Shown here: positions 1 to 7,720 of the stretch, piece by piece
Numbering within the stretch: position 1 is the stretch's first letter
Layout: each line of letters starts with the position of its first letter
From: Candidatus Zixiibacteriota bacterium
GTDB taxonomy: Bacteria > Zixibacteria > MSB-5A5 > CAIYYT01
Direction of reading: 5' to 3'
Length of the DNA: 17,353 nucleotides
Assembly: GCA_040235515.1 (NCBI GenBank)
Contig: JBECKX010000040.1
Span: 1-17,353, forward strand
Made by a program: the position numbers and the translations under genes
Notes under the pieces: model-generated
What the model saw: only the letters and a program-made list of their open reading frames with translations
Told to the model about the DNA's origin: nothing
The model's database searches: none

Positions 1-428
1 GACTTGAACTCGTGTGCCTCGGTTACCGAAAAGACCTGCTTCACCAGAGGAGAGGCAATCGCGGGGATGTTGATTTCCTGGAGATTGAAGGCGCGTTCCC
101 CGGAAGGTGGCGAGGTCACGACGATCTGCAGAAATGCGGCTGAGTCGTGGCGCGCTTCGGCCATCCCGGTGAGGGTATTGGTGAAGCCGGGGCCGCCGAT
201 CGTGATGACTGCAGAGAGTCTTCCGGAGGACCGAAAGTAGCCGTTAGCCATAAAAGTGGCGGCAGCTTCGTGGGTAACGAGAACGACGTGCAGGTCTGAT
301 TTGCGCAGTTCCTCGTAGAGTGGAACGGTTTGCGTCCCGGGCATGCCGAAGATGGTGTCGATCCTGAGGTGTCGCAGTAGCGCCACTATTGTCCGAGCAC
401 CGGTTGTGTTTGCGGGGATTGTAGTCAT
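1..428 (-). CDS. Thiamine-diphosphate-dependent enzyme (acetolactate synthase large-subunit-like), N-terminal PYR domain; runs off the window's left edge
   Basis: Not in the ORF track because its stop lies outside the window. Manual translation from ATG 428 (GGAG just upstream): MTTIPANTTGARTIVALLRHLRIDTIFGMPGTQTVPLYEELRKSDLHVVLVTHEAAATFMANGYFRSSGRLSAVITIGGPGFTNTLTGMAEARHDS... It carries the TPP_enzyme_N motifs IFGxPG, HE (catalytic Glu), A-F-MA-GY and GPGxxN. Confidence 0.9.
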   Translation of the reverse strand, partial: MTTIPANTTGARTIVALLRHLRIDTIFGMPGTQTVPLYEELRKSDLHVVLVTHEAAATFMANGYFRSSGRLSAVITIGGPGFTNTLTGMAEARHDSAAFLQIVVTSPPSGERAFNLQEINIPAIASPLVKQVFSVTEAHEFK

Positions 429-452
429 AGCTCCGAGTGAACCCACGGCTGA

Positions 453-1469
453 TCAGCCGCCCAGCAGCCTGCTCTTGAGGCGTGACAGCATCAGCGATCG
501 GCGATACTTTTTCGACGGGTCCAAAGTCAGCACCAGGTTTTGTTGCAGACGACCGCCGAGCTGGCTCTTGAAGCGCGTAACGCTGTTAAGCGAGGCATCG
601 GTGAGGTCGTTTTCTTTATAGCCTTTACCAGAAAGATACTTGAACGACTCCCAGCGAATCTGCGCGGCCGCGCCGGCATCGTGCGACTCCGCATCGGAGG
701 CAGCCACGACCGTATGGGTGGTGGGGTGTTGATCGGCCAGGATAAAGAGTGAAGCGATAGAGCGACCATCCTGGGTGCGAGCATGCAGTATGCTGCAGAA
801 TTCGAGTTCGCGCAGGCGCTCGAAGAAGGTCTTGAACTTGTCCTTTGGCAGATAGAGCGGGAGCGATTTTTTCTGACAGAGCGATTCATGCTGCTGAAAA
901 AACTGATCGAAGTCGTTGTCGACTGTAGCCGTTATTCCCTTCGATTCGCTGCGCCGGATCAGGCGCTGAAGATTGTGGTCAATCCGACTCCAGCATTCAT
1001 CCAGGTCGTGCAATTCAACTGTGAGCGTGTAGTGTGGCCGGACATGCCAGCCATCCTCACGGAAGGCGCGGGAGTCCTCCAATACTCGACTATGGATTGT
1101 TACGGAATCGAAACCGAGTGACTTTACCAGCTGGCTGGCTGCGGATTGGCAGCCGATCATCAGTGACTGCTGTTTGGCGGGAGAACGGCTCTCTGATTCG
1201 GCGACGACCAGACCATTGTAGTAGAGCAACAGGCGGTTCGTCAGAACTCTGCCGGCACGCCCCGTTTGCCAGTAGAGGGGAATGCCGCCGACAAGGGCGC
1301 CTTTACGAAAGATTCCATGAATCTCGAACTTCCCGTCGGTTGCACTGCAAAGAATATCAAGGTACTCGGGACGGGCGTAGATGCTTCCGGTAGCCGACTC
1401 CGTCACCAGCTTGTTCCAGGCCGGGTAGTCCTCGGCGCTCAATAGTTTGGTCGTAAACTTTTCAGACAT
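453..1469 (-). CDS. FemAB-like double-GNAT protein (putative acyl or aminoacyl transferase)
   Basis: 338 aa. Begins W-NKLV...GSIYARPEYL, has a central basic helix (NLQRLIRRSESKGI) and ends DLTDASLNSVTRFKSQLGG, matching the D-x-G...FK-x-x-FGG end of FemAB/FemX-like proteins. Lies 24 nt upstream of the ThDP gene on the same strand. Confidence 0.8.
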   Translation of the reverse strand: MSEKFTTKLLSAEDYPAWNKLVTESATGSIYARPEYLDILCSATDGKFEIHGIFRKGALVGGIPLYWQTGRAGRVLTNRLLLYYNGLVVAESESRSPAKQQSLMIGCQSAASQLVKSLGFDSVTIHSRVLEDSRAFREDGWHVRPHYTLTVELHDLDECWSRIDHNLQRLIRRSESKGITATVDNDFDQFFQQHESLCQKKSLPLYLPKDKFKTFFERLRELEFCSILHARTQDGRSIASLFILADQHPTTHTVVAASDAESHDAGAAAQIRWESFKYLSGKGYKENDLTDASLNSVTRFKSQLGGRLQQNLVLTLDPSKKYRRSLMLSRLKSRLLGG

Positions 1470-1502
1470 TCAATCGCTCAATCAACTCGATTGTTGCTCG
1501 CT

Positions 1503-2738
1503 TCAATTCCCGGAACCGGTGAGGGAGCCCCGGTCGCCACCCGGCGGAGCGACTCGCTTGCCGCTGAGTCGTCGTTTCAGAGATCTCCATACCTCCCGGA
1601 CAAACCACCAGATGGAAGGTAATGGATCACCGATCCAGAAAACAGCTTGTTTCGCTTTTATCCAGTCGCCGATCCATTTCGTCGGGGAGAGTTCTCCCGT
1701 CTTCATTGCGGTTCGGCAGGCTTCGAAATCGGTCGGGGGATAGACCATAAATGTGCCGATCGAGTAGCTTTCCTGCGGCACGACTTCCCGACTGAGAGCG
1801 TCGGCGTAGGCCATCCGGGCCATCGAGATGCCGCAACGTTCGGCGAACCAGATGTACCACCAGGGACGCGTATTGATCTCCAGCAGCCTCGGGGTGTTGT
1901 CGCGCTGGTCGCGCTTGAACTCCGCTGAGAATATCCCCCGGTAGGAGATTGTCTTGAGTGCTGAGAGAATCAGATCGATTTCGCGAGCGGCGTCGGCCCG
2001 GCTCACTGTCACCATGTAACTGCTATTACCAAACAGCGGCGGATACATACGAAGGCGGTTGCGGGCCAGCAGGCCGGCTACGTTGCCATGCCGGTCGATG
2101 AAACCATCGATGAAGAAGTGATTGGAGGCAGGCCCCGGAATGTATTCCTGAAGAATAAACTGGTGATTGTCTTTGAAGAGTCTGGTAGCGTGTGCGCGCA
2201 ATTCGTCGGCGCCGGCGATCTTGATCGCCTTGACCCAGTAATTTCGGAAGAAGCGCTCGGAATCACATGGTTTGATGAACCATTCCCCCGGAAAGAGGTC
2301 GGTGGCTGCGGCCAGGCTTTGCTCATCGTCGATCGGCACCGAGCGGGGATGGGGAATCTTCTGTTCGACCAGGAAATCAGCGAGCTGCCCCTTGTCGGTG
2401 AGCTTGTTCCAGACCTCGGCCGGGGGGACGCAGACGGGAAAGCGGTCGGTCAACTCTGCCGGGATGTCATAGATCGCGCGACTCCACTGATCGCCGCAAG
2501 GCATGAGTACGGCGGTATCAAATTTGAGGCGGCTGAGAAAGCCGTTGAGATCGCCCGGCTCGTTGATCAACTCGGCGCCGGCGGGCCGGGAATAGAACCT
2601 TGATCGACTTACGAAATCAATTTTGGAGTCGGCGCAATAGGTCTTGATACCGGCGCGCGAGAGCGAACGCATAACTCCAAGGGCGGTGATTCCCACACCG
2701 AGGATGATAGCGGGTGGATTGATCGTGGGTGAGGTCAT
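1503..2738 (-). CDS. ATP-grasp carboxylate-amine ligase (D-aspartate ligase-like)
   Basis: Motifs AIILG..TALGVMRSL, LMPCGD, TDK, IPHPRS, FIKP, LQEYIPG and GIFSAEFKRD...LLEINTRPW (ATP-grasp E-x-N-x-R). I prefer the ATG at 2738 (MTSPTINPP) to the longest-ORF start at 2792 because the recognisable domain begins immediately after it. Confidence 0.85.
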   Translation of the reverse strand: MTSPTINPPAIILGVGITALGVMRSLSRAGIKTYCADSKIDFVSRSRFYSRPAGAELINEPGDLNGFLSRLKFDTAVLMPCGDQWSRAIYDIPAELTDRFPVCVPPAEVWNKLTDKGQLADFLVEQKIPHPRSVPIDDEQSLAAATDLFPGEWFIKPCDSERFFRNYWVKAIKIAGADELRAHATRLFKDNHQFILQEYIPGPASNHFFIDGFIDRHGNVAGLLARNRLRMYPPLFGNSSYMVTVSRADAAREIDLILSALKTISYRGIFSAEFKRDQRDNTPRLLEINTRPWWYIWFAERCGISMARMAYADALSREVVPQESYSIGTFMVYPPTDFEACRTAMKTGELSPTKWIGDWIKAKQAVFWIGDPLPSIWWFVREVWRSLKRRLSGKRVAPPGGDRGSLTGSGN

Positions 2739-2839
2739 CGGAAACACCCATAATGATTGAAGAATGTTACAAGCACCGACCTTACCATGCACATAACCAT
2801 TTTGAGTATTAGTTCAAACTCTACGCGAACAATCTTGTT

Positions 2840-2867
2840 ATCTTAAGTGATTTGGGCGCTATAGCAA
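2840..2867 (-). promoter_or_regulatory. Possible sigma70-type promoter for the ATP-grasp/FemAB-like/ThDP operon
   Basis: Minus strand TTGCTA-16 nt-TAAGAT in an AT-rich stretch about 100 nt upstream of ATG 2738. Consensus match only. Confidence 0.35.
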
Positions 2868-3042
2868 GTGCGAACTTTAGGTCGCGGTCGGCTGAAGACC
2901 GGCTCAGAGGGTGTTGGTGCGGCGCCTCGATCGGAACGGGTTTCGGGTGAATGGTCAAGAAATATGTGGTGATTCCGAGTCTATGAATATATTTGAGTGT
3001 GTAACTTTCGATGAAGGTGATGAAGCACGCGGGCAGATTTCG

Positions 3043-3080
3043 CTGCCGAAACACGCGGGCGTACCGGCGGAGTTCGGCAG
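3043..3080. repeat. Inverted repeat / hairpin CTGCCGAA-22 nt-TTCGGCAG
   Basis: Perfect 8-bp arms at 3043-3050 and 3073-3080, with further inner pairing (CGC/GCG, GG/CC). Ends 33 nt upstream of the deacetylase start. Confidence 0.6.
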
Positions 3081-3113
3081 TCACAATGTTAGATTCAACC
3101 AGACTTCGGTGAG

Positions 3114-4160
3114 ATGAGCATCAAGAGCAGTATCAAGCGCGCGATATATCACAGCGGCTATTATTCACTTCTGCACAGATTCGGTGTTGGCGGAGGACCA
3201 CGCCTCCTGATACTGATGTATCACGACCTGGTGAGCGAGAAGGTGCGGAATGAAAGCTGGTTCGACAGTTACAAGCTCTCCGAGTCGGAATTCCGAGCAC
3301 ATATCGAAGAGGTTCAACGGCTGTTCCGAGTGATGACGGTCGAGGACGCTGTTGCGGAGATAAAAGGCGAGGGACAACTGAGGGAGCCGACCGTTGCGAT
3401 CACTTTTGATGATGCCTACAGTACGTTCTACGATGTTGCCTACCCGATCCTGAGAGAACTGGGTGCATCGGCCACAGTCTATGTCCCTACCGACTGGGTC
3501 TCCGGCTCGCTGCGTCCATGGTGGCTGGTGCTCGAACAGATGTGCAAGGAGTTACATCGGCGCGAGATGCCGGTAGCGAAGTTTCTTGAGGTAGCTGCCA
3601 TGAAGGAACTGGCGCAGCGGTTGCCGCGTCCTGCTCGCAATGAGTGGAACAAGTTCAAGGAGCAATTCGAGTCTGTCTTACGAGGTATGCCTGAGTCAGA
3701 GATCGATCGACACCTGACGGAGATCGGGAATGAGGTAGGCATCGAGAGTGACAGGTTAGAGTTCGAAACAACTCCGATGAGCTGGGATCAGATCGCGGAG
3801 CTGGCCGCGGCAGGTATCAGGTTTGGGGCGCACACCGAATCCCACCGAGATATTCGGCATCTCTCAGACCAGGAAGTAAGAGAGGAATTCGCCCGATCAA
3901 AAGAGATCGTGGAAAAACGGAGTTCGTTGCCGGTGACCGGATTTGCCTTCCCGTATGGTATGGATGAAGATTGCTATGCGCGACTGAACGCGCTTCTCGA
4001 AGAGTGTGGGTTTTCCTACGCCTGCACCGCCCGCCATGGGGTGAACGCCAGCTCACGCAACCCGTACATGCTCCGGCGCACCACATTGCCACACACCACC
4101 TCCAGGGCACTTCTCTATCGTCAGCTGGTACTGGACTACCGTCAGCAGCCAAGTACGTAG
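3114..4160 (+). CDS. Polysaccharide deacetylase (CE4/NodB, IcaB/PgaB-like motif order)
   Basis: 348 aa. Motifs ILMYH, ITFDDA, GAHTESH (metal-binding His pair), FAFPYG and L-x-R near the C-terminus, with a helical insertion between TFDD and HxxxH. Confidence 0.92.
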   Translation: MSIKSSIKRAIYHSGYYSLLHRFGVGGGPRLLILMYHDLVSEKVRNESWFDSYKLSESEFRAHIEEVQRLFRVMTVEDAVAEIKGEGQLREPTVAITFDDAYSTFYDVAYPILRELGASATVYVPTDWVSGSLRPWWLVLEQMCKELHRREMPVAKFLEVAAMKELAQRLPRPARNEWNKFKEQFESVLRGMPESEIDRHLTEIGNEVGIESDRLEFETTPMSWDQIAELAAAGIRFGAHTESHRDIRHLSDQEVREEFARSKEIVEKRSSLPVTGFAFPYGMDEDCYARLNALLEECGFSYACTARHGVNASSRNPYMLRRTTLPHTTSRALLYRQLVLDYRQQPST

Positions 4161-4236
4161 CCGCTGCATTCGGATTCGGCGCTTAAAGCAAACCATACAA
4201 GTCCCCTATTCTGACTCATTCGCAAGTGCAACACGC

Positions 4237-4265
4237 TTGTAACGTAGCCAGAAATGTCTTACTTT
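4237..4265 (+). promoter_or_regulatory. Possible sigma70-type promoter for the 4452-6486 genes
   Basis: TTGTAA-17 nt-TACTTT within the 291-nt intergenic gap. Consensus match only. Confidence 0.25.
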
Positions 4266-4451
4266 AAGTATTCAGGACAGATCTGTATGCCGGAATGGCA
4301 GCATGAACTGCGGGAATGTTGATTCTATGCGGGTGAATGCTGTATCCTGCAGACGTGATTGCCGATACCATCTTTAGAAGATGATCATTGTCTGGCAAGT
4401 AGTTGCAGACTTCAAGTTGCTTGAACCGATTGCCATTCAGCCCCGCAAACC

Positions 4452-5585
4452 ATGATGTTAAAGACTGCTGTTGAAAAACGAGGATTACACTACGAGTGTA
4501 TCGAGGGTTCACTCGACGAGTACCTGGATGATTGGGACACGTTGGTGAGCAGTGCGCCGGGACATTCCTATGCGACCAGCGGAAGTTGGATACGGGCTTT
4601 TGCACGCAGTTTCACCCCCGCGATGGGCAGGTTCCTTTGCCCGGCACTCTTCAGGGATGGAGCGCTGGTGGCGGCGCTGCCACTGATCGAACGGGATTGC
4701 AGCGGTCAAAAGGAATTACACCTGCCGTTCAACCACAATTCGTACGGCGTTGATATCCTGCTTGCTGAGTCGGATGGTGATCAGGCTTTGTCGATGCTCC
4801 TTGGCCTGGCGCTGGAGTCGTCGCCCGGTGCTACCCGAATCGTGGCAAATCGTTTGGGAGAATCGAGCCCGCTGCTGAGCGTCGACAGGCTTGAGCAGTT
4901 TTTCATCGTTCCACGAGAGCGGGAAGCGTTCGGGGCCTATGTAGATACCAGTGGCGATTTCGATGCCTTCCTTGATACCGTAAACAAGAAGTTTCGGCGG
5001 AACGTTCAGCGGTTGGAGAGAAAGGCGGTGGAGAGCTGCGGCACCGTGAAGCTGGTGATGTCGCGGCCTGCCGAGAAGGATGCCGCATTCGAGCAGTTCC
5101 TGAGACTGGAGTCGAGCGGCTGGAAGGGGCGTGCAACCACATCGATTTCACAGGATGAGGCGATTCGGAATTTCTACTGGGAGATCGTGGATTCGTTCAG
5201 CAAGCGAGGTTGGATCGATCTGTCGTTTCTGAGGGCCGGCGACAACGTGGTAGCAGGTTACATCGGTGTGAGGTTCGGGGGACGACTGACGCTGTTGAAG
5301 ATCGCTTTCGATGAGAATTTCAGCAGCATCGGACCGGGTACCGTTCTGATGAAACACGTTCTGCAGGGGGCATTCGAAGATGAGTCGATTAACGAGGTTG
5401 ACTGCCTGACCTATTTCGCCTGGAACTCGAACTGGAACATGCGCAAGCGGGAGTACTATACCTGCCGCTTCATCGAGAAGAGCTTGGGTAATCTGCTGCT
5501 TGAGTATCTGCCGCTTGCGGTTAGATTGCGGTTGGCGAAGATAGAGACCTTGAGGAAGATCAGGAACAAGTTGCGTGGGAATTAG
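4452..5585 (+). CDS. CelD/BcsL-like GNAT protein (Acetyltransf_6-type)
   Basis: 377 aa. Motifs WDTL...W, RDGALVAALPL, basic helix KKFRRNVQRLERK, LESSGWKG, LKIAFDENFSSIGPG and a C-terminal VDCL...W. Confidence 0.88.
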   Translation: MMLKTAVEKRGLHYECIEGSLDEYLDDWDTLVSSAPGHSYATSGSWIRAFARSFTPAMGRFLCPALFRDGALVAALPLIERDCSGQKELHLPFNHNSYGVDILLAESDGDQALSMLLGLALESSPGATRIVANRLGESSPLLSVDRLEQFFIVPREREAFGAYVDTSGDFDAFLDTVNKKFRRNVQRLERKAVESCGTVKLVMSRPAEKDAAFEQFLRLESSGWKGRATTSISQDEAIRNFYWEIVDSFSKRGWIDLSFLRAGDNVVAGYIGVRFGGRLTLLKIAFDENFSSIGPGTVLMKHVLQGAFEDESINEVDCLTYFAWNSNWNMRKREYYTCRFIEKSLGNLLLEYLPLAVRLRLAKIETLRKIRNKLRGN

Positions 5586-5617
5586 ATTATCGGTGGCATG
5601 GAACCGGTGGATATAGC

Positions 5618-5935
5618 ATGAAGAATTTCGATCAGGTAAAAGAAGAAGTTATTGCCGAGTGGCGGGAGAAGTCGCGGAAGTTTACGGCGAATCAGCTCGA
5701 TGCCGAGGTTTACCGGAGATTTCACCTGCAGCGGGTTTTGGCGGAAGTGGAAACCTACCGGCGGGCCGGCAAAGAATATCGAATCGTCTTCGTCGCCACT
5801 CCGGGAAACGAGTGGTGCGGCAGCTGCTGGCAGCGCAACAGCAAGTCGGTTTCGCTTGAAGAGATCAAATCGGGAGAGCGCTACCATGTCTGCTCGTGCA
5901 CGATCGTCGTGCCGGCGGAGGAAGAGCAAGAGTGA
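5618..5935 (+). CDS. Small hypothetical protein with a CxxC...HxCxC putative metal-binding motif
   Basis: 105 aa from an ATG start. Fills the gap between two same-strand genes (32 nt after one, 2 nt before the next). Contains WCGSCW...YHVCSC. Confidence 0.7.
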   Translation: MKNFDQVKEEVIAEWREKSRKFTANQLDAEVYRRFHLQRVLAEVETYRRAGKEYRIVFVATPGNEWCGSCWQRNSKSVSLEEIKSGERYHVCSCTIVVPAEEEQE

Positions 5936-5937
5936 AT

Positions 5938-6486
5938 ATGATGCAGCCAGATGAGAGCCCGAGGAGCAACGAGTCGGCCACCGATGAGATAACCTCCGAC
6001 TGTCAGCTTTGCGGCATATACGACTGCGCGACTAATTTGAAACGCTCCGATGAAGCGGCGATCTGGGGTTTGCGGTTGCGGAGTGCGCTCAGGCGGAGGT
6101 TGCAACGTTTGGCTGCCAAACTACGTGGCGGATCAAAGCCGATGGAAGAGGATAGGCCGCGGGTTGACCTTCCGAAGCTCACTTTCAGCGAGGGTGACCG
6201 GGTACGGATCAAGTCAGTGGCGGCGATTCGCGCTTCGCTGGATGAAAACGGTGCGTTGAACGGGCTGGTCTTCCTCTCCCCGATGGAAGAATATTGTGGC
6301 GGTGAATACACGGTCATGAAGCGGGTCCGTCGAATCTATGATGAACGCGAGGAGCGGATGGTGCGGTTGCGGGATGCATACATTCTGGATGGCGTGATCT
6401 GCAAGGGTCGTAATGTTTATGCCAAAGAGGGGTGTGACCGCTGCTGCCCCTTCTTCTGGCGCAGTCAATGGTTGGAGAAGGTGTAG
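5938..6486 (+). CDS. Cys-rich hypothetical protein
   Basis: Likely ATG at 5938, 2 nt after the upstream stop. Contains CQLCGIYDC, then GDRVRIKS...LDENG...GLVF...MEEYCGGEYTVMKRV...YILDGVIC...GCDRCCPFFWRSQWLEKV, which reads as a compact, natural beta-rich domain. Confidence 0.8.
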   Translation: MMQPDESPRSNESATDEITSDCQLCGIYDCATNLKRSDEAAIWGLRLRSALRRRLQRLAAKLRGGSKPMEEDRPRVDLPKLTFSEGDRVRIKSVAAIRASLDENGALNGLVFLSPMEEYCGGEYTVMKRVRRIYDEREERMVRLRDAYILDGVICKGRNVYAKEGCDRCCPFFWRSQWLEKV

Positions 6487-6519
6487 GCCGCTGCTCAGGT
6501 CGCCTCTTGTGGGTCTGTG

Positions 6520-7539
6520 TTACCCGATTCCCTTCAGTTTCTTCCTGATCGTGAAGAATATCCTCGTAAGAAAACCTGGAAAATGAGAGAGAATTCGCTG
6601 AGCCAGCGGCACGGCGGTTAGTTTTGCAAGTTCGCGACGAGCTTCCGCCGGTCGACCCAGGATCAGCAATTCGGTAGCGAGCTGGAGCCTGGCCTTATGG
6701 ACCTCCAGAGAGAATGGTTGCGCGTGCTTTGCGAGGAAGCCCTCGTGGTTGCCCCAGACCCGTTCCAGCACGGTCACGCGGGAGAACGACTTATCGTAAG
6801 TGTTGCGTTCGCTGAGGCGATCAGGCGATTCGCCATGCTGCCAGGCGGTGTCGGTTGCGAGGAAGAACGCATCACCGGTCAGAGCGAGTCGTCCCCAGCA
6901 TTCCAGATCCTCGAAGGTGGGGACATCCTCTGCGAACACGAGGGCGTGTTTGGCGGCGAGGCGACGCGCGACAACGGTGCTGGTAAACACGTAGGCCGAG
7001 CGCATCTCGCACAGGCTGAGATCACCGCAATAGGTGTCAAAATCCTCGATTCCTTCCGGTAAAGGCGCGATTTCCGAGAATTTTCGACGATTACCCAGAA
7101 TCTCCTCCCAGGGACGCGGATCGAGGTGCCATGTTTTTAAGTGGTTGCGGCTGATTCTGCCTTCACTATCTTTGGAAGCGAAGTCGCTGAATGCGAAGAA
7201 GGTAGCAGCCGAGGATTCGAAGAGGGCTCGGTGCAGCGCGAGCTTACCGGGCATCCATTCGTCATCTGAGTCGAGGAATGCGATGAGATCGCGGCTGGCG
7301 GCGCTGATTCCTCTGTTTCGAGCAGCTCCGGCGCCGGAGTTCTTGATCTTGATGTAGTGAATCAGGTTGCCGAATTGGCCAAGTTGCGCCTCGGTATCGT
7401 CGGTGGAGCCGTCATCGACGACGATGATTTCGTCGCCCGGCTCGACCTGCTCCAGGGCTGATTTTACCGCCCGCGTTACGAGTTCAGCGCGATTGTAGGT
7501 TGGTATGACGACTGAGAAATTGAGCATTGAAACAGGCAT
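6520..7539 (-). CDS. Glycosyltransferase family 2 (GT-A), soluble
   Basis: Motifs FSVVIPTYNR, IIVVDDGSTD, NSGAGAARNRG, IAFLDSDD (DxD) and FED. Start is probably ATG 7539 or 7527, not 7632. Confidence 0.93.
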   Translation of the reverse strand: MPVSMLNFSVVIPTYNRAELVTRAVKSALEQVEPGDEIIVVDDGSTDDTEAQLGQFGNLIHYIKIKNSGAGAARNRGISAASRDLIAFLDSDDEWMPGKLALHRALFESSAATFFAFSDFASKDSEGRISRNHLKTWHLDPRPWEEILGNRRKFSEIAPLPEGIEDFDTYCGDLSLCEMRSAYVFTSTVVARRLAAKHALVFAEDVPTFEDLECWGRLALTGDAFFLATDTAWQHGESPDRLSERNTYDKSFSRVTVLERVWGNHEGFLAKHAQPFSLEVHKARLQLATELLILGRPAEARRELAKLTAVPLAQRILSHFPGFLTRIFFTIRKKLKGIG

Positions 7540-7604
7540 CCATAGCGAGTGCTCGACAATAATAGTTAGGCGATTCGGCAGAATCTGACGTACAAACAAC
7601 GCGA

Positions 7605-7632
7605 AATGTAGCTGTTCCTCGGTGTGCTGCAA
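7605..7632 (-). promoter_or_regulatory. Possible sigma70-type promoter for the GT2 gene
   Basis: Minus strand TTGCAG-16 nt-TACATT, the same TTGC-16-TAnAnT layout as at 2840-2867. Confidence 0.35.
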
Positions 7633-7720
7633 GCGTTTAGTTGTCGATCTGTAAAGGAGAGGGGGAAGATGCGCTACATGGGTCAGTCGTCGTAAGACGC
7701 GATACTTTTCTGATGGATAA

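Noticed and set aside
4..621. Plus-strand ORFs 4-240 and 343-621
   Set aside because: They are antisense shadows of the ThDP enzyme and FemAB-like genes, which carry clear family motifs.
2739..2792. N-terminal extension of the ATP-grasp ORF (similar extensions at 7540-7632, 5896-5937, 11587-11637 and 12747-12764)
   Set aside because: These look like longest-ORF artefacts: the extensions overlap promoter-like DNA or neighbouring genes, and better starts lie downstream.
2821..3117. Intergenic ORFs 2821-3084 (-) and 2911-3117 (+)
   Set aside because: No recognisable motifs or convincing RBS, and they overlap each other and the putative regulatory elements. The + ORF does end in an ATGA overlap with 3114, so it is not fully excluded.
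4296..4407. Sigma54-like sites TGGCAGCATGAACTGC and TGGCAAGTAGTTGC (also AGGCACGAGTCGTTGT near 16094)
   Set aside because: GG-to-GC spacing is 11 or 9 nt rather than the required 10, and the third site also lacks the GC.
5598..5621. Seven-codon ORF MEPVDIA whose stop overlaps ATG 5618
   Set aside because: Too short to distinguish from chance, and there is no evidence for a frameshift.
6487..6519. Expected terminators between convergent genes (also 13893-13937)
   Set aside because: No strong stem-loop followed by a U-tract on either strand.
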